IMG/VR virus record: IMGVR_UViG_3300021960_009431
From: a virus
Strand: one strand, 5' to 3'
DNA: 64,000 nt
Part shown: positions 29,401-36,778 of the stretch, in pieces
Position numbering within the stretch: the first letter of the stretch is position 1
How the letters are laid out: each line of letters starts with the position of its first letter
Position numbers and translations under genes: made by a program
The notes under the pieces: model-generated
The model's database searches: none
What the model was told of the DNA's origin: nothing
What the model saw: the letters and a program-made list of their open reading frames with translations, nothing else

Positions 29401-29642
29401 GTCAAGATACTACTTCAACGGTTATATCAAGTAGTGAAAATAACGAAGACTTTAAAGTATATGATTTTAGTATACCTTCAGCTGAATTATCTGGTCCTTT
29501 AAGTCAAGTTCAATATACTAATAGTGACGGTATTATATATACTGGTTTTAAGTATATGTCAATTAAAATAGTTTTAACTTCTTCTAATCAAGGTTTAGTA
29601 CCTAGAGTTAAAGATTTAATGGCAATAGCACTACAAATTTAA
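23463..29642 (+). CDS. Large VrlC-like (DUF4815) virion structural protein
   Basis: PYYDDFD..KNFHRVLYRPG.AVQARELTQ.Q, APGA.RLK, DRFKNG..VD.F, DPIAQTF, EDLKF, PRVKDL.AIAL motifs. Confidence 0.85.
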   Translation: MARANTASLDTNFNVDPYYDDFDETKNFHRVLYRPGFAVQARELTQMQTILQNQIDRFGEHIFREGSVVSGLEVNYDDEYNFVKVRDGDNTGNTLVLSDGVGKYITGATSNVTAIVIDTIDGSEADSPNTKTLYVKYIDTGTQGTSGNTTFSSGERLIANSGSFTANVISSGVTTGSGSHIKIEEGIIFAKDHFIKIPSANLLLGRYSSNVSYKIGFNIAEEIVTSAGDTSLLDPSQGSFNYTAPGANRLKLNPSVAKYELTANTGDDFVEIYRVQEAHTALNNEKPRYSEIRDYFAQRTHDINGDFIVKGLGVRLREHLEQANNQGVYSVANGGDSTKLVVDIDPGKAYVGGYDIENLITAHVNTTKSTDFNSIEASTVSANYGNYVVVKEVSGAWDVNTHDIVNLHKGFARSVSNTLYSTSAPAGDLLGTARVRALEYVSGTKGDSEAKYNMYLYDVKTTANTFSEVRSIRIDNSAGSQANGIADVIVSSANTASFNENTFNRAVFRLPAKAVKRLRDTTGNIDTNFQFLKSFDVTIAADGTFSVATGAADETYPFSAGALNATQKNAGFYVVLNANTASTSTVDTGSMANMANTVTGLTSAATKFNVGDRIQLADYANNFTVSSVSSTSLTTLEPALAAISSKGVVKKFNKGQVIDMSGVGGDNGSRTVTIASATSATFDIQETLTGTATATVITELTKVDGREIAKNFNSNRFVEVTVNASDGTTNTTGPWNLGLSDIHEITEVRKQTGNTAFTAVTQGTDVTANFLLDNGQKDNMYDHGKLKLKPGSSASAGDVYLVKLNYFTHDTSQGVGYFSVDSYPIDDVLVSNTTAITTQEIPLFVSPASGNLLDLRDCIDIRPRITDTAADATSVGAATTNPATSTTIVSPSGGLRFMAPNENLTADLDYYLGRNDKISLSPSGDIRVTKGKSSINPVTPEEPSGHLPLATVYVQPFPSLAPDTAKNFNRYDLSAYIEPIKSRRFTMQDIGNIKTRLDKVEYYTRLSLAEQEAKNLNFADGNGIDRFKNGMIVDTFTGHNIGDVGNPDYAAAIDKLKGELRPQFKLNSIQLDSQTANSSNLVLGPSDATLTVSGTATFTVGETITAGAASGKLVYQVGRKLYLEQVSGTFSTSTTASGGSSSSSGAISAVSTSGNGLLATLPYTHLSVIDQPSATTTRNAAGLFWSFIGNISLSPDTDMWVDTTTAPDIQLNFESNLDNWPGLENSWQTEWNNWQTTGTGVSSSSFNSTRETRVRSATGLPAGGNRVADVDTIFRETTTNQVRSVTTSQSRTGISTGIEIQSQTERTGPRVIDTNLIPFMRSRIVQVTGRGFKPNTKLYSFFDGTDVSAFVTPTTSAFANTAVEGGSLFSNSEGDVYAEFRIPASGNLRFKVGDRLFRLTDNVTNASGAGLTTTSGEALYSARGLSQTVQDTVISTRLPQLATRTVSESRSFTSSAVVSSQLTAREPVRNEVTWRQVPRPRPRDPIAQTFIIDNSARGVSSSGAFLSKIDLFFGSKDSSRPVFIEIREVDPTSSFITNKIVPFSEVIIEAADINTSSDGSSPTPVNFKTPIHLKDQTEYAVVIKPGADNPDTTLFVSRLGGNDLITGERIVKQPYVGTMYASSNNKAWNAIQEEDLKFKLYIAQFTTGTTAATVFKNKDIDFMKINNGANTFNTIGESIHGETTLTLSNGITVNSNMVLVGNTSGANCVVTSNNSGTTSIRVKDVSLTKFTTGEHINVKINNVKQADFGTISGQSTATGKIAYYDRVNESGNTIIHVDNVSGTFTNGHQIKGQTNSKTATIESIDVLEVDTLHLNSSYVSFDNTTVSPFIKLNTSKTARDSAFRRIEDNENEEFTTPRFVLSKSIENANISGEKSAEFKYEFSTTDPNLSPMFDIERVQAIVVNNKINNDSTGETSASGGNAEARYMTRILELADGQDAEDIKVKLNAYKPSGTDVKVYYKILHKDDSDFFDDRSWVAMGQDTTSTVISSSENNEDFKVYDFSIPSAELSGPLSQVQYTNSDGIIYTGFKYMSIKIVLTSSNQGLVPRVKDLMAIALQI

Positions 29643-29643
29643 T

Positions 29644-29865
29644 ATGAAATACACAAAAGTAGAAAATGAACCTAATTTTATTAGAGATAATAGTAGTAGA
29701 GGTATATTAAATACTGACAACAGTGGTTTAATTGCGTATAAAATGCAAAAAAAAACGAGGTTAAATCAAGACAGTAAAATAAATAAATTAACAGAAGATG
29801 TAGATGAGTTAAAAAGTAATATTTCAGAAATCAAAAATCTTTTAGTTTCTCTTTTAGATAAATAA
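29644..29865 (+). CDS. Small conserved coiled-coil protein following VrlC-like gene
   Basis: KVE.EPN.IRD..S.GILN...ELKSNISEIKNLL pattern. Confidence 0.7.
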   Translation: MKYTKVENEPNFIRDNSSRGILNTDNSGLIAYKMQKKTRLNQDSKINKLTEDVDELKSNISEIKNLLVSLLDK

Positions 29866-29907
29866 ATAGGAATATAGCTCTTTAATTAAAAAGATAGGAA
29901 TAGACAT

Positions 29908-31230
29908 ATGCCATTATACAATTCAGGAACACTTATTGCCGACGTGCAATTAACAGACACGTTTAACACCTGGCGTACACGGTTTAACAACGCATTGGCT
30001 GATGCATCAGGTATTACAGCGAATAACACTTTTACTGGTCAATTAAATACATTTACAAAAAATGTAGATATAGACGGGCCATTGAATGCTCCTATTCTCA
30101 CATCTAATAACGCTGTTATTCAGAGCCTTAATGCTTCGTTTTTTGATCTCGATGGAGATATGACAGCTGATGTTATTACAGCAAACAGCGTAGCAGGCAC
30201 TCTCACAACAGCAGCTCAAGGAAATATTACTTCTCTTGGCACACTAACTACACTTACAGTAGACAACGTAATAGTAAATGGTACTACAATAGGTCATACT
30301 AGTGATACTGATCTAATGACTTTAGCTTCTGGTGTAGTAACAGTTGCAGGAGAATTATCTGCTACTACTTTAGATATTGGTGGTACAAATATTTCAGCTA
30401 CAGCAGCTGAAATTAACCAGATTGCAGGTATTACGGATGGTACAGCAGCTGCTAACAAAGCAATGATACCTGATGCTAATATTGATATTACAGCAATTAG
30501 AAATCTTACGACAACAGGTAATATTGTTGTAGGTGGTAACTTTACTGTTAATGGTACAACTTCAACAGTATCTTCAACCAATACAGTAGTTAGCGATAAC
30601 TTAATTGAATTAAATAACGGTGCATCGTCTAACGCAAATGATTCAGGTATTGTTATTGAACGTGGTTCAACTGGTGATAACGCATTTATTGGTTGGGATG
30701 AATCAGCTGATAGATTTATTGTAGGTACAACGACTGCTACTGGAGCTGATACTGGTAACCTTTCGATTACTAAAGGAACACTTAATGCAGATCTTGCTGG
30801 TGATGTAACTGGTACTATTCAAACTGCAGCTCAAGCTAACATTACATCTGTTGGTACATTAACAAGTTTGACTTTAGGTGGTACTTTGAACATGGGAGGC
30901 AATTCTCTTCAAAACGCCACATATACAGATTTACACCCTACTACTCATGTCCTTTCTAACAGTGATTTAGCAATTGACTTTTCTATTCCGCTTAACAAAA
31001 TGGTAATGGATTCTGCTAGAACATTTACAGAAGAAAATAAAGCAGCGGGTAGAATGATTACTATGTTGTTGGATACGTCAACATCAGATCATGACCCAAC
31101 GTTTTCATCTAATATAAAATGGCATGGTGCAGAAACACCGACATGGGATGACTATCGGTATTGGATTATCAGTATGGTTTGTCTAGATTCAACTACTGTA
31201 TTTGCTTCTGCAACAGGTCATGATACTTAA
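29908..31230 (+). CDS. Tail fiber-like structural protein
   Basis: TDTFNTWR N-terminus; TAAQ.NITS.GTLT.L repeats; DNLIELN/GIVIERG/GWDES fiber motifs. Confidence 0.7.
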   Translation: MPLYNSGTLIADVQLTDTFNTWRTRFNNALADASGITANNTFTGQLNTFTKNVDIDGPLNAPILTSNNAVIQSLNASFFDLDGDMTADVITANSVAGTLTTAAQGNITSLGTLTTLTVDNVIVNGTTIGHTSDTDLMTLASGVVTVAGELSATTLDIGGTNISATAAEINQIAGITDGTAAANKAMIPDANIDITAIRNLTTTGNIVVGGNFTVNGTTSTVSSTNTVVSDNLIELNNGASSNANDSGIVIERGSTGDNAFIGWDESADRFIVGTTTATGADTGNLSITKGTLNADLAGDVTGTIQTAAQANITSVGTLTSLTLGGTLNMGGNSLQNATYTDLHPTTHVLSNSDLAIDFSIPLNKMVMDSARTFTEENKAAGRMITMLLDTSTSDHDPTFSSNIKWHGAETPTWDDYRYWIISMVCLDSTTVFASATGHDT

Positions 31231-31245
31231 TAAGGAGAATTAACT

Positions 31246-32070
31246 ATGAGTTTACCGCACTCTTTTTTAGCTGGAAGAACTGGTCTAGGTGGTGTTGATG
31301 TAGTAACAACATCAAATTTTAGCACATATTGGTCCAAAACTCAAGGCGACACTGGCGCCAGTCATGGGCTTACCACATCTAATGGTATAGTTAATCAAAT
31401 CCAGCAGAACGGAGAATACAATGGTGTAGGTGGAACTTGGGATATGGATTCTTCGGTTGCCACGGGCGATAATTTCCGCGTATGGGTTCAAGGTGGAGGT
31501 GGTTCTACTGTTAGTGTTTGGGGTGGCGGCCCAGGTGGCGGCGGTGGCTATATGGATTTTACATATAATGGTGGACAAGCTACATGGAAAGCAGGTGGGG
31601 CTGAAGGTGGCTGGCCAAGTTACAGCGTACCGCAAATAACCGATTCTCAATTCAGTTTAGGTGGTAATTCCTTAACAGCTACCCGGGGTCGAGGCCAAAC
31701 AGGTGGCGCCGGTTCGGCAACAACATCTGGAACAGTTTCTGGTAGCCACGGTGGCGGCGCAACGGTTGGCAGCCAAAGCACTTGGGGTGGCGGAGGAGGG
31801 GGTGGTACCTCTCAGACTGGTGGTCAAGCATTTAATTGGGGCGGCGGTGGCGGCGGTGGCAACTATGGCGCCGGTGGCGGTCAATCTGGTTATGGAGCTG
31901 GCGGTACCGGCGGAGGTGCACCGCGCGGAGGCGGTTCTGGCGGCTATGGAGGTGGTGGCGCTGGTATGGATCTCGGTGGCGGTGGTCCTGGCCGTCTCAT
32001 AATCCAATGGAATCCTTCAGGCGCTCAAGATGCTCGACAGACACCACACAATGTTTCAATTAATGCTTAA
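31246..32070 (+). CDS. Glycine-rich fiber-associated/adhesin-like protein
   Basis: AGGAG RBS; many GGGGG tracts; markedly higher GC than flanks. Confidence 0.65.
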   Translation: MSLPHSFLAGRTGLGGVDVVTTSNFSTYWSKTQGDTGASHGLTTSNGIVNQIQQNGEYNGVGGTWDMDSSVATGDNFRVWVQGGGGSTVSVWGGGPGGGGGYMDFTYNGGQATWKAGGAEGGWPSYSVPQITDSQFSLGGNSLTATRGRGQTGGAGSATTSGTVSGSHGGGATVGSQSTWGGGGGGGTSQTGGQAFNWGGGGGGGNYGAGGGQSGYGAGGTGGGAPRGGGSGGYGGGGAGMDLGGGGPGRLIIQWNPSGAQDARQTPHNVSINA

Positions 32071-32089
32071 AAATATATAATGGTTTATT

Positions 32090-32473
32090 ATGTTACACAA
32101 ACAATATGCTGCGAGAAGTGAAGATTTTTTCACTGAAGTAAAAGTTCAAGATTGTTATAATTTAGTTAATACAAAAAAATATTGTATATTTGTGTTATAT
32201 GATTTTGAACAAGAATGGCACAATTCCACATATCACATAAGAGAAGCATCTGAAGATTATCTTAGTGCTATAGAAAGATTATCTGTAATATTTAATAAAG
32301 ACTGGCATTATTATAAAATTGATTTTAATAAAATAGAAACTGTACTTTTTGAGCCCTTGCATTTACCTGCAGCTTATGCTTTTATAAATGGAGAGCGAAA
32401 AGCCAGTTTTGGCGGACAAATGCCTTCTGATGAATCTATAATTAAATATTTTAAAACTCTTGAAAATGGATAA
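32090..32473 (+). CDS. Thioredoxin-fold-like protein lacking CxxC
   Basis: C-terminal LPAAYAFINGERKASFGG resembles the Trx cis-Pro/beta-hairpin. Confidence 0.45.
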   Translation: MLHKQYAARSEDFFTEVKVQDCYNLVNTKKYCIFVLYDFEQEWHNSTYHIREASEDYLSAIERLSVIFNKDWHYYKIDFNKIETVLFEPLHLPAAYAFINGERKASFGGQMPSDESIIKYFKTLENG

Positions 32474-32478
32474 CCAGA

Positions 32479-33456
32479 GTGAATATATTAGTAAATGGTT
32501 ACAATATTGACAGTGTTGTATTTAATGTTATACTCAATAATGTACATATTGATTTAATTGATAATAAAAATAGAGAGTTAAATGGTTTTGAGATAGTACC
32601 TGACTTTTTATTTAATGAATTCTGTGAAATATCTAATCTAGATAAAAACAAATTTTTTAAACAAGAAAATTTTTATATTATAGATAAATTAGAATTATTT
32701 GAAAAAATAATTAATAATAGTCAATACAACATAGTTAATAATTATGATTTAAATAAATATGATATTCTTGTTGAATGTGAAAATGAAAAAACTATTTTTA
32801 ATATTAGTAGTTCATCTATAAATGAAAAAAATATATTTTTTGATTTTTTAGCATCATATAATGGAGCGATAGATTTAAAGAATCAACTTATCTATGAAAA
32901 AAATATATATGGTATAATTAAAACTATAATATACAATAATAAAATTAATTTAGAGCTTTTCTACAGTAGTTATCTTACTACACCTAAATTAATTAAAAGC
33001 GAAATAAAAAATTATTTAAAAAAACAATTCTCTATTCATATTCAAGATAATGATATAAACTGGTTACACAGTTTGTCTAAAAATACAAGCACAGTTTTTA
33101 ATAATAATATTTTTAAATTAAATAATGATGTTTTATTCACTCCATTCAGTCGTTACAGCAAATTAACATATATTATTATAATTGCATTAAACTTTAAAAA
33201 AATACTTAATGAATTTAAAAACGTAGGGGATATTCGTAAACTAATTAATTTAAGTAATATGAATTTACATTCAAATGTAGATAACTATCATCTTGCTTAT
33301 TTTAAAAATAAAAATTATAACAGTGAATTCTGGAATCTATATGACCAAGTTTCTTTCACTGAATATCTCAATTGTATTAAAACTAAAGAAAATTTTAATT
33401 TTTTAACTAAAAATAACCCGTTATATACATCTGCTGATTTTAAAAATATTATATAA
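32479..33456 (+). CDS. Very AT-rich hypothetical protein, possibly a degenerate halogenase/FAD-oxidoreductase
   Basis: Long ORF; eroded Rossmann-like start MNILVNG; YHLAY...NYNSEFW resembles halogenase HY..RxDTxFW. Confidence 0.45.
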   Translation: MNILVNGYNIDSVVFNVILNNVHIDLIDNKNRELNGFEIVPDFLFNEFCEISNLDKNKFFKQENFYIIDKLELFEKIINNSQYNIVNNYDLNKYDILVECENEKTIFNISSSSINEKNIFFDFLASYNGAIDLKNQLIYEKNIYGIIKTIIYNNKINLELFYSSYLTTPKLIKSEIKNYLKKQFSIHIQDNDINWLHSLSKNTSTVFNNNIFKLNNDVLFTPFSRYSKLTYIIIIALNFKKILNEFKNVGDIRKLINLSNMNLHSNVDNYHLAYFKNKNYNSEFWNLYDQVSFTEYLNCIKTKENFNFLTKNNPLYTSADFKNII

Positions 33457-33459
33457 TTT

Positions 33460-33508
33460 AACCCCTTAGATTGCTTGCTTATAAATATAGGTAAACAACT
33501 AAGGGGTT
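33460..33508 (+). promoter_or_regulatory. T4-type late promoter TATAAATA inside an RBS-sequestering hairpin
   Basis: AACCCCTTAG (33460-69) / CTAAGGGGTT (33499-508) inverted repeat around TATAAATA 33480-87. Confidence 0.75.
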
Positions 33509-33512
33509 TCCT

Positions 33513-34256
33513 ATGGCTCTACCAACTACACGTGAAGAACTAAAATCTTACTGTCTTCGTAATCTCGGTGCCCCAGTCATCGATATTAATGCTGATGCAG
33601 AGCAGCTTGAAGATAGAATAGATGAAGCAATAGAATACTATAGAGACTATCATTTTGATGGTACAGAAAGAATATTCTATAAGCACCAAGCAACAGCAGA
33701 TGATATAGCAAATGGTTATCTAACTGTGCCTGACTCTATATATGGAGTAACGGGCTGTTTTACTCTAGGTGGTACTTACTCAGTAAATAATCTATTTAAT
33801 GTTCGTTATCAGATTCACTTAAACGATTTATACGACATGCTTCAATCATCTATTGTTCCATATCAAATGGCGATGACTCATATTAATATGCTTGAAGAAA
33901 CATTTGTCGGTAAGCAACCAATTCGTTATAACAGACATACTAATAAAGTTTATATTGATACTGATTGGTCAGCTAAGATTCCAGTTGATTCATATATAAT
34001 ATTAGATTCTTATCAAATTATAGACCCTGATATAAATTCAGATATGTATAGAGATAGATGGTTGTTAAGATATACCACTCAGCTTTTTAAACGTCAATGG
34101 GGTGAAAATTTAAAGAAATTTGAAGGTTTACAAATGCCTGGTGGATTAACTTTTAACGGTCAAAAAATCTATGAAGAAGCTATGGAAGAAATTCGTAAAC
34201 TAGAAGATGAAATGATTTCAAGCTACTCACTTCCAGTTCATGACATGATAGGTTAA
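33513..34256 (+). CDS. gp13: Neck protein gp13
   Basis: YCLR.LGAPVIDIN, YHFDG, KRQWGENL.KFEG.QMPGG.TFNG motifs. Confidence 0.93.
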   Translation: MALPTTREELKSYCLRNLGAPVIDINADAEQLEDRIDEAIEYYRDYHFDGTERIFYKHQATADDIANGYLTVPDSIYGVTGCFTLGGTYSVNNLFNVRYQIHLNDLYDMLQSSIVPYQMAMTHINMLEETFVGKQPIRYNRHTNKVYIDTDWSAKIPVDSYIILDSYQIIDPDINSDMYRDRWLLRYTTQLFKRQWGENLKKFEGLQMPGGLTFNGQKIYEEAMEEIRKLEDEMISSYSLPVHDMIG

Positions 34257-34258
34257 CC

Positions 34259-35110
34259 ATGGCTACTAACAAGTATTTTAATAACTTTAGTTATGGTCGA
34301 GAACAAGATTTAGTTGAAGATTTAACGATCGAAGCAATTAAAATTTACGGTCATAATATAAAATATTTACCTCGTACTCGAGTTAACACTGATAATTTAT
34401 TCGGTGAAGATACTTTGTCCTCGTTTGACGAAGGTATCGATATTGAAATGTATATTAAAAATACTGAAGGGTTCGAAGGTGAAGGTGATTTACTTTCACG
34501 TTTTGGTTTAGAGATTAGAGATAGTGTTACATTTACTGTAGCTCGTAAACGTTTCGATCAATCTATTACATCACCTAAAATTTTAACTGAAGTAGGTTAT
34601 AATATGATATTCGAAGATGGTAGTACAACCACTCCATCAAGACAGTATCTATCTGGTTCTCAAGACACCGATGCGTTTATGCTAGAAGGCGATGATTATC
34701 TTAATACTATAAACAGACCTCAAGAAGGAGATTTAATTTACTTTCCTATGGTTGGTAAATTATTTGAGATTAAATTTGTAGAGCATGAACAAATATTTTA
34801 TCAAACTGGTAGACTTCAGACATATGATGTTCGTTGTGAATTATTTGAATACAGTTCAGAACGAATTGATACAGGTGATAGTACAATTGATGCTATAGAA
34901 GATAGATATACTCTTAATACCCTCGGGTACGAGTTCGTCCTGGAAGATCAATCAGGAGTTGTTAATCTTGAAGGCGGTGGTTCATTACTACAAGAATATA
35001 CTATTGAGACAATAGACAAATCAGCTAATAATTCTTACTTCCAACTTGAATCAGAAAGTATTTTAGACTTTAGTGAGACTAATCCGTTCTCAGAGATTGA
35101 TAGGTATTAA
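34259..35110 (+). CDS. gp14: Neck protein gp14
   Basis: EQDL.EDL..EAIKIYG, FGLEIRD, RPQEGDLIYFP, FEIKFVEHE, NPF motifs. Confidence 0.93.
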   Translation: MATNKYFNNFSYGREQDLVEDLTIEAIKIYGHNIKYLPRTRVNTDNLFGEDTLSSFDEGIDIEMYIKNTEGFEGEGDLLSRFGLEIRDSVTFTVARKRFDQSITSPKILTEVGYNMIFEDGSTTTPSRQYLSGSQDTDAFMLEGDDYLNTINRPQEGDLIYFPMVGKLFEIKFVEHEQIFYQTGRLQTYDVRCELFEYSSERIDTGDSTIDAIEDRYTLNTLGYEFVLEDQSGVVNLEGGGSLLQEYTIETIDKSANNSYFQLESESILDFSETNPFSEIDRY

Positions 35111-35112
35111 AC

Positions 35113-35910
35113 ATGTTTGGTAGAACTTTTTATCACGGTACATTAAGAAAGTTTGTAGTAGTATTTGGGAATATGTTCAACGGAATATATGTTCAGAGAT
35201 TTAATTCAAGTAATGAAAGAGTGCAAACTTTAAAAATACCTATCTCATATGGTCCTAAAGAAAAATTTCTTATACGTTTGGCTCAAGATCCCAATTTAGA
35301 TCAAGATGTAGCTATATCTCTCCCAAGAATGGGATTTGAAATGGTAGGGCTAAATTATGCAGCTAATAGAAAATTACCTTCTTCAATAAAACATTCTAAA
35401 GTTAATAGAGAAGATAACAATAATTTAACTACACAACGTATTCCTGTACCTTATGATATTCAATTTACTTTAAGTATATTTGTAAAAAATGCTGATGATG
35501 GTACACAAATATTAGAACAGATATTACCTTATTTTCAACCTGAGTGGACTAATAGCGTAAGACTTCAGCCAGAATTAGATTTAGTTTATGATGTACCTGT
35601 AATACTAAACGATGTAAATGTAGAAGATACTTATGAAGGTGATTTTGCTGCACGGAGAGCATTAATTTGGAATTTAAATTTTACTATGAAAGGTTTTATG
35701 TTTGGTCCTATATCTACTACAGGTGTTATTAGAAGATCTATAATCGACTTAGGTAATTTAAATAACACAACAGCATTAGAAAGAGTAAATTCGCAGCCAG
35801 GTTTAAAAGCTGATGGTACACCTACATCTAATAATGCACTATCAGTACCTATCAGTGATATTGATGCAGATGATGATTATGGAATTTCAACGGATATAAA
35901 TGATGTCTAA
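35113..35910 (+). CDS. gp15: Tail sheath stabilizer/terminator gp15
   Basis: FYH...K.V..FG.MFN, YGPKEKFL, LPRMGFE, QILEQILPYFQP motifs. Confidence 0.93.
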   Translation: MFGRTFYHGTLRKFVVVFGNMFNGIYVQRFNSSNERVQTLKIPISYGPKEKFLIRLAQDPNLDQDVAISLPRMGFEMVGLNYAANRKLPSSIKHSKVNREDNNNLTTQRIPVPYDIQFTLSIFVKNADDGTQILEQILPYFQPEWTNSVRLQPELDLVYDVPVILNDVNVEDTYEGDFAARRALIWNLNFTMKGFMFGPISTTGVIRRSIIDLGNLNNTTALERVNSQPGLKADGTPTSNNALSVPISDIDADDDYGISTDINDV

Positions 35911-36319
35911 AAAATCAAAGTTTGAAAATAATTTCGAAAATATATTTAATTTACCTGATAGTCCACCTTTAGTAAAAGATGTAGAGCTTGTAAAGCCTGA
36001 TACAACTAAAGATGATATTGAAAGCGATTATAAGTATGCAAGAGAAAATCTTTATAATGCTATTGAGAGAGGTTCAGATGCCTTAGAAGAGCTAGTAGAG
36101 TTAGCTAAACAAAGTCAAAGTCCTAGAGCGTTTGAAATTGTTGGTCAGATGATTAAAACTTTAACTGATTCAAATAAAGATTTGTTAGAGATTCAGAAAA
36201 AAGTAAAAGATTTAAAACGTGAAGAGAAATCTAAAGGTCCTAATAATGTAACTAATGCATTATTTGTAGGAAATACAGCTGAGCTTCAAAAAATGTTAAA
36301 GGATAATAGTGATGTATGA
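35900..36319 (+). CDS. gp16: Terminase small subunit gp16
   Basis: DYKYARENLY, SPRAFE, NVTNALFVG.TAELQKML motifs. Confidence 0.92.
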   Translation: MMSKKSKFENNFENIFNLPDSPPLVKDVELVKPDTTKDDIESDYKYARENLYNAIERGSDALEELVELAKQSQSPRAFEIVGQMIKTLTDSNKDLLEIQKKVKDLKREEKSKGPNNVTNALFVGNTAELQKMLKDNSDV

Positions 36320-36722
36320 GTATAGATGTAAATTGAGAAAAGTAGTAGACGGTGATACAGTAGATATTGATGTTGATTTAGGTTTCGGTGTTTGGTTACA
36401 AGATGAAAGAGTTAGATTGTATGGTATTGATACCCCCGAATCAAGAACTCGCGATTTAGAAGAAAAAAAATACGGCTTAGCCGCAAAAGAATATGTTGAG
36501 AATTTTCTGGATGATGAGTGGTTGACTCTTAAAACAAAAGAGTATGACTCTAAGGGTAAGTTTGGTAGAATATTAGGAGAACTGTGGAGAACCTCTAGTT
36601 ATGCTGATAAGTCATTAAACGATTATCTAGTTGAAAAACATCACGCCGTCCCTTATCTAGGACAGTCTAAAGAAGATATCGCTGAGCAGCATTTACTAAA
36701 TAGATCTAAACTAAATCTATAA
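36312..36722 (+). CDS. Thermonuclease (SNase-like)
   Basis: VVDGDTVD.D.DLGF, RVRLYGIDTPESRTR, GKFGRILG motifs. Confidence 0.9.
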   Translation: MYEYRCKLRKVVDGDTVDIDVDLGFGVWLQDERVRLYGIDTPESRTRDLEEKKYGLAAKEYVENFLDDEWLTLKTKEYDSKGKFGRILGELWRTSSYADKSLNDYLVEKHHAVPYLGQSKEDIAEQHLLNRSKLNL

Positions 36723-36732
36723 CCTTAAACAA

Positions 36733-36774
36733 CTACACGTTGATTATAGTATAATATGAAAAGAAGTGCAACTG
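36733..36774 (-). promoter_or_regulatory. Antisense sigma70-type promoter TTGCAC-N17-TATAAT
   Basis: Minus strand reads CAG-TTGCAC-17nt-TATAAT-cAACGTGTAGT, near-identical in key elements to the uvsY promoter. Confidence 0.7.
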
Positions 36775-36778
36775 ATAA

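Noticed and set aside
31312-32063. Several overlapping alternate-frame and antisense ORFs, including an Arg/Trp-rich one
   Set aside because: By-products of GGN glycine codons and high GC; no RBS or independent signal
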